32,000 nucleotides of DNA from Candidatus Saccharimonadota bacterium (GCA_041661045.1 JBAZVE010000001.1:510001-542000); one strand, 5' to 3'. Counted from the stretch's first letter, positions 13,744 to 22,696 are shown. Notes: a model not told the origin generated them from the sequence alone. Program-made: numbers and translations.

Positions 13744-16498
13744 GAAGAATGCTGTCTAAAATATTTGTACTGTTGTCGCTGGGCTCAGCGGAGTTGCCGG
13801 AGTTATTGGAGTCCTCACCGTCGTCGCTCACTCGCAATTGAATGGTGCTTTCTGAAGAGTATCCATACTGATCCACCGCTTTTGCGGTGATTTCCAAAAC
13901 GCTGCCCGACCGGGAGGTGATGGGGATCACGATGATTCCGTCGTAAGGATATTCCAGAGAGGTGTAGCGAAGATCCTCGTTGACAAAATACTCTACGCGG
14001 TCGATGCCATTTCCCTCATCTAAAATTTCTACGGTGACATCGTGGAGTCGATCTTCTCTGGAAACAGAAGAGAGGCTTTGAGGGCTTGTGATGGCCAATT
14101 CAGGGACATTGGAGGCGGTCTCTGCGTTGTGAATATCGGAAGCGTATTCGGTGGGGGGCTGAGAATCTTCCTCCTGAGTTTTGGCCCAGGCATCAATATC
14201 GTCCTGCCAATTTCCCCAGGCCTCACGATGGATGCGATAACTTCGTTCTTCCACGGCATCTTCGGGGGAATATTCCGTGGCAAGCCGCTTTGTGATGGTT
14301 TCCACTTTAACGGTGACGAAGGCATCATCCACTTGGGTGGGAACCGCAAAGTCCGCAAAAATTTCTGTACCCACCATGTCGGGTGGAGTGCTTTCTCCCG
14401 CCAGTTTTCCGCTCGCCTTGCTCACCGCTATTTCACGAATTCCACTGGGGCGTTGCCATTCCGTGGGCTCCAGACGATTCAAAACTTTGCCCATGTAACT
14501 TTTCCAAATGGGGGCAATGGTGCTGTAGGACTCTCCATTGGAATTGAGGGCGCTTCCGTCGGCATTCCCGGCCCACCCAATGGTGACGAGCGTTGGGGTG
14601 TACGCGGCGATCCAGTTGTTGTTGGGCAGATTAGTGTTGGGTACATTGGAGGTCCCTGTTTTTGCCGCATTGTCGATGGCGGGGAGGTAAATGTTGGCGC
14701 CCAAGCCCGCGCTTGAGTCTGAGAGAATATCATTGATGATGTAGGCCACCTGGGGGTCCACGACTTTGGTTTTTTCTACTTTAGCTTCGTCCCATTGGTC
14801 CAGCACTTTTCCATCCGTGGTTTCTATTTTTAAGATGGAGCTCAGTTCGGTGTGGGTGCCATTGTTTGCAAAAACACTGTACGCCTCCGCCATTTCCAGC
14901 GGCGTTACTTCCGCAGTTCCCAGTGCCAAACTTGGGCCGGAGGGATATTCCGGATCGTAAACCAGACTGTCGAGGCCGAATTTTTTAGCATATTCTTTGA
15001 TGGCCTTCTCCTCTCCCGCAAGGAAGTAGGCTTTGATGGCGGGGATATTTCTGGATTGGCCGAGGGCGTAACGCATGGTCATTGGACCTTTGAAACCACC
15101 ATCAAAGTTATTAGGACTCCAGTTTCCAAAATTAGTTTTGACATCATAAAATACGGTGGCGGCCGTGTATTGGTTGAGCAGAGCCAGCGAGTACACGAAG
15201 GGCTTGAAGGAAGACCCCGGTTGACGAGCGCTGGTGACCATGTTCACTTGGCCATCTATTTCGGAATTTGTGAAGTCCACGGAGCCCACCATGGCAAGAA
15301 TTTGTCCGGTTTGAGGTTGCACCGAGACCAGTGCGGCGTTGCTCGCTCCATAAGTGTCCAGCAGCGTGTCTTTGCGTTCTTCGATGGCTTCTTCCGCAGC
15401 TTTTTGGAAGTCGGGATCGAGCGTGGTGTAGACGCGTAAACCTCCTTGTTCCACCACATCCGCCCCATAGGTCTCTTCCAATTCTTGTTTCACCCACAGC
15501 ACAAAGTGCTCGGCGGTATCGAGTTCGTTGTAATTTTTGAACTCAATACTTGCGATTTCTACCAGTGCGGCGTCGGCTTCTGACTGCGCAATCATGTCCA
15601 GTTCCACCATTCTTTCCAGCACCAAGTCCGATCGGCCTCTTATATAAAAGGTGCTTCCGTCCGGCATGGTGAACGCCGTCCCCAAAAGACCTCGAGTGAA
15701 TTCGTCCAAGCCCAAGTCCTCTTCACTCTTAATGACTCGTCCGTTCAAACTTTCTTCCGTGAGCTCAAAGGCCAAGACGGAATATTTGTAGTTTCCATAA
15801 GGGGAGTAACGCGTGGGCTTGTTCGGGATTCCCGCCAAAATAGCGGACTCTCCTAAAGTGAGTTCACTGGCATCTTTTTCAAAATAGCGCTTGGAAGCAA
15901 GTTCAATTCCGTAGGCGTTGTTTCCGTATGGAATTTCATTGAGATACATCAAAAGGATCTCATTTTTGCTGAATTTTACTTCCATCACCAAGGCGATGAG
16001 AATTTCACGGTATTTACGAATGTAGCTGTGCTCCAAATTGAGCATGGCGTTTCTTGCCAACTGTTGAGTGATGGTGGAACCTCCTCTTGGGGTGCCTATG
16101 CCAAATTGTGAAAGAACTGCTTTGAAAAGAGCGGGGACATCAATCCCAATGTGTTTGTAAAATTTATCGTCTTCAATGGCCAGTGTGGCATCGATCAAGT
16201 AAGGAGAAATCTCTTCAAGAGTTTTGAGGGACTCACGGTTTTCTTCACCGTGAATGGTGTAGAGGAGATTCCCCTCGCGATCCATGATTTGAGTGGAATC
16301 TTTAGCCTGTGCTTCACTAGGATTGAAGCTGATGAGGAGCCAAAAGGCGTAGACGAAGGTTAAAAAAGCGATGGACAGTCCTCCTCCGAGTATTCCAATC
16401 AACACAAAACGGAGACCGCGTTCTTTTTTAGACATGTGCGGGCGGGGTTTTAGCTTTTCCCAGCCGTCTCGAATGTGTTTTTTAGTCCAGGTTTTCAT
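13724..16498 (-). CDS. class A penicillin-binding protein (PBP1A family) with a C-terminal Ig-like extension
   Basis: N-terminal TM anchor. GT51 motifs EDDKFYKHIGID and GGSTITQQLARN. Transpeptidase motifs SSFK, SRN and KTGT. About 240 aa follow the transpeptidase domain. Confidence 0.9.
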   Translation of the reverse strand: MKTWTKKHIRDGWEKLKPRPHMSKKERGLRFVLIGILGGGLSIAFLTFVYAFWLLISFNPSEAQAKDSTQIMDREGNLLYTIHGEENRESLKTLEEISPYLIDATLAIEDDKFYKHIGIDVPALFKAVLSQFGIGTPRGGSTITQQLARNAMLNLEHSYIRKYREILIALVMEVKFSKNEILLMYLNEIPYGNNAYGIELASKRYFEKDASELTLGESAILAGIPNKPTRYSPYGNYKYSVLAFELTEESLNGRVIKSEEDLGLDEFTRGLLGTAFTMPDGSTFYIRGRSDLVLERMVELDMIAQSEADAALVEIASIEFKNYNELDTAEHFVLWVKQELEETYGADVVEQGGLRVYTTLDPDFQKAAEEAIEERKDTLLDTYGASNAALVSVQPQTGQILAMVGSVDFTNSEIDGQVNMVTSARQPGSSFKPFVYSLALLNQYTAATVFYDVKTNFGNWSPNNFDGGFKGPMTMRYALGQSRNIPAIKAYFLAGEEKAIKEYAKKFGLDSLVYDPEYPSGPSLALGTAEVTPLEMAEAYSVFANNGTHTELSSILKIETTDGKVLDQWDEAKVEKTKVVDPQVAYIINDILSDSSAGLGANIYLPAIDNAAKTGTSNVPNTNLPNNNWIAAYTPTLVTIGWAGNADGSALNSNGESYSTIAPIWKSYMGKVLNRLEPTEWQRPSGIREIAVSKASGKLAGESTPPDMVGTEIFADFAVPTQVDDAFVTVKVETITKRLATEYSPEDAVEERSYRIHREAWGNWQDDIDAWAKTQEEDSQPPTEYASDIHNAETASNVPELAITSPQSLSSVSREDRLHDVTVEILDEGNGIDRVEYFVNEDLRYTSLEYPYDGIIVIPITSRSGSVLEITAKAVDQYGYSSESTIQLRVSDDGEDSNNSGNSAEPSDNSTNILDSILPKRRGQ

Positions 16499-18918
16499 AG
16501 ACGCCCACGGATTATACCACCGGACCTCTCGATAGCAAGGAAGGCGGAGCCGTGAATTTTTTGGAACTCCTCTTCGGTCAGAGTCCTTTCGGGGTGGCGG
16601 AGGACAATCGTATAAGAAAGTGATTTTTTGTCTTCCGGGATATTCTTGCCTTCGTAGGAGTCAAAAAGCTCGACGGACTCTATTATTTTAGCTTCATCTC
16701 CTGAGCGAATAGCCCTCTCCAGCTCTGAGGATTTTGTTTTTTTATCAACCAGTACGGAGATATCAAAGCTCATGGATGGGAATTTGGGCAGCGGCTTGAA
16801 CCGTTTTTCTTCGCGGCCGTTTTGGACCAGAGCGCTGAAATTCAGTTCGAAGGCGCCACTGTTTGTAGTCAAGTCATAGGCCTTGAGCACCCCCGGATGC
16901 ACCGTGAAGAGGTGCCCAACGGTTTTGCCTCGCACGGTGATGTCCATGCATTTCTTGGGGTGCGCATAGGCCAGTGGTTTTTTGGATTCGTGCAGCTGGA
17001 AGGAAGTGACTCCAAACGCTTTTAAGTAGTTTTCCAAGGCCCCTTTGATGACGAAAAAAGGTTCGCCGGGCTCCGCCACCATGGCGGCCAAGTGTTTTTC
17101 TTCCCGAGGCATGTAGTCGCCGACTTCCTCGTAGGTGTGGCCAAGTTCAAAGATTCGCACCTTTTCAAAATTGCGTTGGTTCGTGGCGATATTGTCCAGC
17201 ATTTTGGGGATGAGCGAGCGGCGCATGTGAGTTTGATCTTCGGAGAGGTAATTCAAAACCTTAAGGTGCCCCTCTTCCTGAAGTCCGCAGTTTTCCAAAT
17301 GATTCTTGCTGTAGAAAGAATAATTCACCACCTCGGTGAAGCCCAGCCCAAGTGCAAAAATATTACGGGTGGCGTGTTTGTAAAACCGCTCCGGATTTTC
17401 GAGAGGGAGCTGCATGGGCTTGTGTGGGAGAACGGCGGGGATATTGTCGTAGCCATAGATGCGCGCCACTTCTTCCACAAGATCTTCTTCAATGCTCACA
17501 TCTCCCGTTGCGCGATGCGCCGGCACGGTGACTTTTAGATTTTTTCCCATGAGTGCCACTTCAAACTCGAGAGACTTTAAAATGCTCACCATCTCTTTGG
17601 TCGGGATTTTTACACCGATCTTACTATTCACCGATTCCGGACTCACCGTGACCACAATTTTCTTAGGCTTCCAAGTGCCTTCTGTTACGATTGGACCGGC
17701 CAGTTTTGCCGATGGGCAAAGCTCTTGCAACAAGTTTATGGCGCGGTTTATGGCCACTTCTGTCATACCGGGGTCCAGGCCTTTTTCAAATCGTTGGGAG
17801 GCGTCGGTGCGTAGGGCGTGCCGTGCGGAACTTTTGCGGACCACCACGGGGTTGAAGGCGGCGGATTCCAAAATGATTTCGGTCGTCGCATCACTGATCC
17901 CGGATTTTAGTCCACCCTGAACTCCCGCCAAGCCCAGCGCTTCGCCAGACTTATTGCAGACCAGTGGATCTTCCTCATGTAGTTTTTTCTCAGTTTCATC
18001 CAGGGTCACTAATTTCTCACCTTTTTTTGCAGTGCGCACGATGAAGCCATCATCGCCCACCACTTTGCGGTCGTAGGCGTGCATGGGTTGGCCAAGTTCC
18101 AGCATCACAAAGTTGGTGACATCCACTATGTTGTTGTGGGGATTCATTCCGGCTGCTCGTAGGCGGGCTTTCATCCACTCGGGTGACTCTTCAATCTTAA
18201 TTCCGGTCATAATGGCCGCTGAAAACCGCGGACACAGGGTAGAGTTTTCAATTTTAATGGAGACTTTTTCTTTGCCGCTTGCAGGCTTTATTTTCAAGAA
18301 AGGGTCGAGTTTTTTAAGCGGTTTTCCAAAGATGGCGCCGAACTCTCGTGCAAAACCATAATGACTCCATAAATCCGGACGATGGGTGAGGGACTTGTTG
18401 TCCACTTCCAGGAGTGTGTCGTTTCGATTCAAGGCTTCCGCCAGAGGCGTGCCCACCTTGGCTTTGGTGGCTGTGAGGTCGTGAATGCGCACTTCCTTGG
18501 TCTCTGCCGTGTTGTCTGGCGCGAGGCCGATTTCTTCGCCTGCACAAATCATTCCATAACTGCTTTCGCCGCGAATTTTTGCTTCGGTGAGCTCCGCAGG
18601 TTCTCCTTCACCATGCCAACGGACCCAAGCCCCCGGTTTCGCCACGGCCACCAGCATTCCTTCAAATAAATTTTGCCCGCCACACACAATTTGTTCGGTT
18701 CGGTCGCCGATATCTACTTGAGCCAAATTCAAACGATCAGCCCCCGGATGTTTTTTTACGGAAAGCACTTTCCCAATCACCATGTTTTCATAATTCTTGG
18801 CCTCGTCAATCACGCCTTCCACTTCCGCCGTGTGTACGGTGAGTTCCCAGCCAAACTCTTTGCCGCTCAGCTTGGGCAAGTCCACAAATTCCCGAATCCA
18901 ATTGAGTGAAATGTTCAT
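16495..18918 (-). CDS. pheT: phenylalanine--tRNA ligase beta subunit
   Basis: 807 aa with an MNISLNWIREF N-terminus and a tRNA-binding/B3-4/B5/anticodon-binding layout. Follows pheS with a TAATG junction. Confidence 0.95.
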   Translation of the reverse strand: MNISLNWIREFVDLPKLSGKEFGWELTVHTAEVEGVIDEAKNYENMVIGKVLSVKKHPGADRLNLAQVDIGDRTEQIVCGGQNLFEGMLVAVAKPGAWVRWHGEGEPAELTEAKIRGESSYGMICAGEEIGLAPDNTAETKEVRIHDLTATKAKVGTPLAEALNRNDTLLEVDNKSLTHRPDLWSHYGFAREFGAIFGKPLKKLDPFLKIKPASGKEKVSIKIENSTLCPRFSAAIMTGIKIEESPEWMKARLRAAGMNPHNNIVDVTNFVMLELGQPMHAYDRKVVGDDGFIVRTAKKGEKLVTLDETEKKLHEEDPLVCNKSGEALGLAGVQGGLKSGISDATTEIILESAAFNPVVVRKSSARHALRTDASQRFEKGLDPGMTEVAINRAINLLQELCPSAKLAGPIVTEGTWKPKKIVVTVSPESVNSKIGVKIPTKEMVSILKSLEFEVALMGKNLKVTVPAHRATGDVSIEEDLVEEVARIYGYDNIPAVLPHKPMQLPLENPERFYKHATRNIFALGLGFTEVVNYSFYSKNHLENCGLQEEGHLKVLNYLSEDQTHMRRSLIPKMLDNIATNQRNFEKVRIFELGHTYEEVGDYMPREEKHLAAMVAEPGEPFFVIKGALENYLKAFGVTSFQLHESKKPLAYAHPKKCMDITVRGKTVGHLFTVHPGVLKAYDLTTNSGAFELNFSALVQNGREEKRFKPLPKFPSMSFDISVLVDKKTKSSELERAIRSGDEAKIIESVELFDSYEGKNIPEDKKSLSYTIVLRHPERTLTEEEFQKIHGSAFLAIERSGGIIRGRL

Positions 18919-19958
18919 TAAAACTGTTTGTTAAAACGCAGATCGCCGCTTTGCAAATGGCGAATGTCGTCGATGCCGTAACGCATCATTACGAGGCGGG
19001 TGAGGCCAAAGCCAAAGGCCCAACCCTGGTATTTTTTGCTGTCCACGCCGCCGGCTTTGAGTACATTGGGGTGTACCATTCCACAGCCCATGAACTCAAT
19101 CCAACCTGTTCTTTTGCACACACGGCAGCCTTTTCCGTCACAAAACACGCAGGACATGTCCAACTCAATTCCGGGCTCCACAAAAGGAAAGTACCCCGGG
19201 CGGAACCGAACTTTCATATCTTTTTTAAAGAGGCGACTCAAGAAGTCTCGCATCACGGCCTTGAGACTTGCAATGGAAACATCGGTATCAATCAGAAGTC
19301 CCTCCACTTGGTCAAAAGTGTGCTCGTGGGAAGCGTCTGTGGCTTCGTTGCGGAACACGCGACCCGGCACGATGATTCGCAGCGGAGCGCCGTATTTACG
19401 CATGGCACGGATTTGATTGGGCGATGTTTGCGTTCGCAGCACCAGCTTTCCTTCTTCATGATCGGTATCTTTGTCCAAAAAGAAAGTATCCTGCATATCG
19501 CGCGCGGGGTGATGCGCGGGCACATTGAGCCCCTCAAAATTATAAAATTCACTTTCGATTTCAGGTCCATCCACCACGGTGAATCCCATTTGCTGAAAAA
19601 TCCGTTCCACCTCTTCTTGCGTCTGGGGAACGGGATGCACGGAGCCCATGGCGAACTTTTCTCCCGGCAAACTGAGATCTATCCAGTCGCTTTCCAGCGC
19701 TTTGTCGATTTGCTTTCGCTCAAGAACGCGAGCGGCTTGCTTGAACTCCGCTTCCAACACCACTTTAAGCTCGTTGATGGCCTTTCCGGTTTTCTGTTTC
19801 TCTTCAATAGAAAGATCCTTCACTCCTTTAAGAAGCTCCGTGAGCTCACCATTTTTACCCAAAACTTTCCGCTCCACTTCTTTGAGCTGTTCGAGAGTTT
19901 CGGCGGATTGGAGGTCTTTTAAAGCCTCGGTACGAAGAGATTTAAGCTTTTCTTGCAT
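18918..19958 (-). CDS. pheS: phenylalanine--tRNA ligase alpha subunit
   Basis: 346 aa. Class II motifs HPARDMQDTF, FRNEATDASHEHTFDQVEG and GWAFGFGLTRL. Confidence 0.95.
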   Translation of the reverse strand: MQEKLKSLRTEALKDLQSAETLEQLKEVERKVLGKNGELTELLKGVKDLSIEEKQKTGKAINELKVVLEAEFKQAARVLERKQIDKALESDWIDLSLPGEKFAMGSVHPVPQTQEEVERIFQQMGFTVVDGPEIESEFYNFEGLNVPAHHPARDMQDTFFLDKDTDHEEGKLVLRTQTSPNQIRAMRKYGAPLRIIVPGRVFRNEATDASHEHTFDQVEGLLIDTDVSIASLKAVMRDFLSRLFKKDMKVRFRPGYFPFVEPGIELDMSCVFCDGKGCRVCKRTGWIEFMGCGMVHPNVLKAGGVDSKKYQGWAFGFGLTRLVMMRYGIDDIRHLQSGDLRFNKQF

Positions 19959-19964
19959 GCGCGT

Positions 19965-19973
19965 AGTTTAGCA
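19965..19973 (-). promoter_or_regulatory. candidate extended -10 (TGcTAAACT) of pheS, leaderless-type spacing
   Basis: On the minus strand, TGCTAAACT ends 6 nt before ATG 19958. No SD motif. Confidence 0.3.
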
Positions 19974-19994
19974 AGGAGTGCCGTGACTGGCTAG

Positions 19995-20003
19995 AGGTGA
20001 ACT
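19995..20003. repeat. left copy of the 9-bp direct repeat AGGTGAACT bounding the low-GC islet
   Basis: Identical 9-mer at 23096-23104. It overlaps the vapC stop codon. Confidence 0.45.
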
Positions 20004-20439
20004 ACTTGTAGTCTTTTAGGAGCATGATGTTGCCGAAAGATTTCGCCTGATTGTAGTATTTTAGATCTGCCGTTAGAAAAATAGCCCCGTATTCCATTGC
20101 AAGAGAGTGGTAAGAGGCGTCATAGAAAGAAACTTTGGGATATTTTTTCATTATTTTAAAGGCTAGGAAGTTTGAGCCTAGTGTGAGAAATAACTGCTTG
20201 AACCTGTATAAACTAAAGGCACTAAACAAGTGAGTCGCCTCCGATACGGAGTACTTTCTCCCGAGGTGACTGCTCACTTCCCAAAATGCAAAAGCAGGCA
20301 GCAGAATTTCTATGTGCCTTTTCTTGAAATCCTCTTCGAACTTCTGGGCTTGCTCCAAATCCTCGATTTCTTTGCCAAACCATTTGATTAGCACCGAAGC
20401 ATCAGCAACATATTTAGAGCAGATCTTTTCTTGCTTCAT
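20002..20439 (-). CDS. vapC: PIN-domain toxin (VapC family)
   Basis: The acidic PIN quartet is positioned as expected: VADASVLIKW, FWEVSS, FYDASYHSLA, FLTAD. An RHH gene sits immediately upstream. Confidence 0.8.
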   Translation of the reverse strand: MKQEKICSKYVADASVLIKWFGKEIEDLEQAQKFEEDFKKRHIEILLPAFAFWEVSSHLGRKYSVSEATHLFSAFSLYRFKQLFLTLGSNFLAFKIMKKYPKVSFYDASYHSLAMEYGAIFLTADLKYYNQAKSFGNIMLLKDYK

Positions 20440-20671
20440 GTATGGATTTTAATAATTCTTCATCAGTCATTTTTTTGTGACGGTGAGTTTTTTTGAATGT
20501 ATCAATAAGCTCAAAAGCTTTTTCTCTGCTCAGGTCGATCATTTTTTCTTCCAAAAGAGTATTTACAAGACTACTCCTGTCACCTGAGGGCACGAGTGCC
20601 TCTAATTGCTCCAGAACACTTACATCGAGCATGAAGTTTACGCGTTTTCTTTGAGCTACTGCGGTGGGCAT
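20414..20671 (-). CDS. vapB: ribbon-helix-helix antitoxin (VapB-like)
   Basis: KRVNFMLDVSVLEQLEALVPSGDRSSLVNTLLEE gives a beta-strand/helix/helix pattern. ATG 20671 is preferred over GTG 20698, which lies upstream of the predicted promoter. Overlaps vapC by 26 nt. Confidence 0.65.
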   Translation of the reverse strand: MPTAVAQRKRVNFMLDVSVLEQLEALVPSGDRSSLVNTLLEEKMIDLSREKAFELIDTFKKTHRHKKMTDEELLKSIHEARKDLL

Positions 20672-20700
20672 ATGGTTTGGTGTAAGTTTATTACACACTC

Positions 20701-20729
20701 ATTATACACACGATTTTGATGGCGATCAA
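20701..20729 (-). promoter_or_regulatory. candidate vapBC promoter
   Basis: Minus strand: TTGATC (20729-20724), 17-nt spacer, perfect TATAAT (20706-20701). Confidence 0.5.
20717..20728. promoter_or_regulatory. imperfect palindrome TGATggcgATCA, candidate operator
   Basis: 10 of 12 positions are self-complementary. It overlaps the -35 and spacer of the vapBC promoter. Confidence 0.3.
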
Positions 20730-20760
20730 GGGCCACCCCTCGCCTTTCATGCCAAGCCTA

Positions 20761-20789
20761 TTGACAGCCTGGCTACTCGTTGATACGAT
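20761..20789 (+). promoter_or_regulatory. candidate padR promoter
   Basis: TTGACA (20761-20766), 17-nt spacer, TACGAT (20784-20789). It ends 6 nt before GTG 20796. Confidence 0.45.
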
Positions 20790-20795
20790 ATAGCA

Positions 20796-21116
20796 GTGGA
20801 AAATCTTACCGAAATGTTGAAAGGTGCTCTCGAAGGCTGTGTGCTTGAAATCATCAGCCGCGGTGAAACCTATGGATATGAAATTGCTTCGTCGCTTCGT
20901 CAGCTCGGTTTCACGGATGTTGTAGAAGGTACGATTTATACCATTCTTCTGAGGCTCGAAAAAAATGGTCTCGTAAACATCGAAAAAAGGCCGTCCACCA
21001 TTGGCCCATCACGCAAGTTCTACACGCTCAACGCAGCTGGCCGTAAGGAATTGGAAAGCTTCTGGATAAAATGGGATTTCGTTTCGTCAAAGATTTATAA
21101 ACTTAAAAAAACTTAA
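20796..21116 (+). CDS. PadR family transcriptional regulator
   Basis: LKGALEGCVLEIISRGETYGYEI...EGTIYTILLRLEKNGLV..RKFYTLN is a classic PadR winged helix. The start is ambiguous: GTG 20796 or ATG 20814. Confidence 0.85.
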   Translation: MENLTEMLKGALEGCVLEIISRGETYGYEIASSLRQLGFTDVVEGTIYTILLRLEKNGLVNIEKRPSTIGPSRKFYTLNAAGRKELESFWIKWDFVSSKIYKLKKT

Positions 21117-21117
21117 T

Positions 21118-21468
21118 ATGTTAGATTTTTTCAGAAAAATAATCGGCGATAAGAAAGAATATAGATCGATGATGGCGCGGGTCAAAGCTATGCCCAAGGA
21201 TTATCAATTTGTGTTCAAAAAGATCCAGAATTATATGTTTAGTCGTGCGGGAGGTGATGGCATGGATATGTTGAAGGTTCAATACGAATTGATTGACCTG
21301 TTTGAATCCGGCGTTGCGGACGGCAGGCGCGTGCTGGAAATCACGGGTGAGGATGTGGCTGGTTTCTGCGACGAGCTTTTACGAAACACCAAAACCTGGA
21401 CCGCAGCATCTCACGAGGCCTTGAATAGAGATGTGTTGAAAATGCTCGGGGGTCAGGGCAAAAAATGA
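21118..21468 (+). CDS. DUF1048 domain-containing protein (usual PadR partner)
   Basis: KKEYRSMMARVKAMPKDYQFVFKKIQNYMF...VLEITGEDVAGFCDELL. Sits 1 nt after padR. Confidence 0.75.
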   Translation: MLDFFRKIIGDKKEYRSMMARVKAMPKDYQFVFKKIQNYMFSRAGGDGMDMLKVQYELIDLFESGVADGRRVLEITGEDVAGFCDELLRNTKTWTAASHEALNRDVLKMLGGQGKK

Positions 21469-21989
21469 TGAGCAGTTAAATGCCTTGCAGTATTGATATT
21501 TCTTACAGTCATAGACTTATAGAGTTTATTGCTAATGATTTTGGCCAACTGACTTTTGTAAACATCTTCTCTTTTAAGGTTCCAATAGATAGCGCCTTTG
21601 ATATAACGAACATCAATGAACTCTTTTTTGACAGGCAGTTCATCAATAACTTTTATCGAATCTATTTCCGGGAACAAGTACGCAACGTCGGTTCTTTGTT
21701 CTGAATCATTCACCCAGTTCTCAGGTATGGCCTCTGCAATCTTTTTCATTTCTTTTTCTGTCTTAACAATAGTGGGGATCTCAAAACCGAAATAGTTTTT
21801 CAAACCGATATTGATTTTTTCAGTAGCGTTTTTCAGCCCATCTTCTGACTCAAAAATAACATTCCCTGAATTGATATAGGTAGAAACATTAGTGTATCCA
21901 AAAGATTCAAAAAGGCTCTTTAGCTTCTTCATTTCAACCTTTCGATTTCCTCCAACATTTATTCCCCTGAGCAGTGCAATATATCTCAT
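21453..21989 (-). CDS. DUF1697 domain-containing protein
   Basis: MRYIALLRGINVGGNRKVEMKKLKSLFE N-terminus diagnostic of DUF1697. An AAGGA SD-like motif lies 10 nt upstream. Confidence 0.85.
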   Translation of the reverse strand: MRYIALLRGINVGGNRKVEMKKLKSLFESFGYTNVSTYINSGNVIFESEDGLKNATEKINIGLKNYFGFEIPTIVKTEKEMKKIAEAIPENWVNDSEQRTDVAYLFPEIDSIKVIDELPVKKEFIDVRYIKGAIYWNLKREDVYKSQLAKIISNKLYKSMTVRNINTARHLTAHHFLP

Positions 21990-22003
21990 AATTAGTTTAT
22001 TCC

Positions 22004-22564
22004 TTACAGTCCAAACTTCTTTTGAATTATCTCTGCTACTTGCTTGGCACTCAAGTTGTTGTTATCGATTTTTAAATAGTTCTTTCTATGAAATTCATTC
22101 TTTTTTGTATTAAAACGATAATCCCTTTCATGCTCGAGCAGGATTCTTTCAGAACTTTCAATATCTCGTTTGGTGGGTTTGTGCTCTAACCGTTCTGCTG
22201 TTTTATTTCGTCGAAGCCTTTCTTTGAGATCTGCTTCAAGTTCCACATAATATATTTTTGCCCCGACATCCTTGAAAATTTTTACTATTTTATCAACATA
22301 CTTTTCTTCCGACTTAAGATCAAAAGCCCATACGAATGTAAAAATGAGGCCTTTTAAATTGCTCTTTGCCACTTCTTTAAAAATTGATCTACGAAACAAA
22401 CCCACCAAACGATTGTGAGCCTGTGTTCCGAAATCAAAAAAGGGGATTACCAATTCGATCGTCATGTGATTATGAAATAACTTAAGTCCGGTAAGCTTTT
22501 CTAATTCTCTGCCCACACTCATTTTTCCGACAGCTGGTGGACCGAATAAAAGAATGAATTTCAT
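22004..22564 (-). CDS. P-loop AAA/kinase-like ATPase of unknown substrate
   Basis: MKFILLFGPPAVGKMSVG Walker A. 186 aa. Resembles small Firmicutes-type AAA_33-like ATPases. Confidence 0.75.
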   Translation of the reverse strand: MKFILLFGPPAVGKMSVGRELEKLTGLKLFHNHMTIELVIPFFDFGTQAHNRLVGLFRRSIFKEVAKSNLKGLIFTFVWAFDLKSEEKYVDKIVKIFKDVGAKIYYVELEADLKERLRRNKTAERLEHKPTKRDIESSERILLEHERDYRFNTKKNEFHRKNYLKIDNNNLSAKQVAEIIQKKFGL

Positions 22565-22609
22565 AGCTTTAAAAAAATCATAATTGCAATGCCATTTCCG
22601 CTAACGGTT

Positions 22610-22696
22610 GTGAATAACTGAAGTTTGCTAATGGTAAAATAGGCCGAAGGTGAACCATTAGCAACTTTGAGCGAACGAAGTGAGCCGGTTATTCAC
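22610..22696. repeat. 87-nt nested imperfect inverted repeat (long hairpin), candidate structured RNA or miniature element
   Basis: Outer stem 22610-22620 pairs with 22686-22696 (11 bp including one G-U). Inner stem 22621-22635 pairs with 22654-22667 (14 bp, 1-nt bulge). 18-nt loop and 17-nt asymmetric internal loop. Confidence 0.5.

Noticed and set aside
18906-19922. 338-aa plus-strand ORF
   Set aside because: It lies exactly antisense to pheS, whose class II synthetase motifs are unambiguous. The mirror ORF is His/Phe/Lys-rich with no recognisable motif. It is most likely a stop-free shadow frame.
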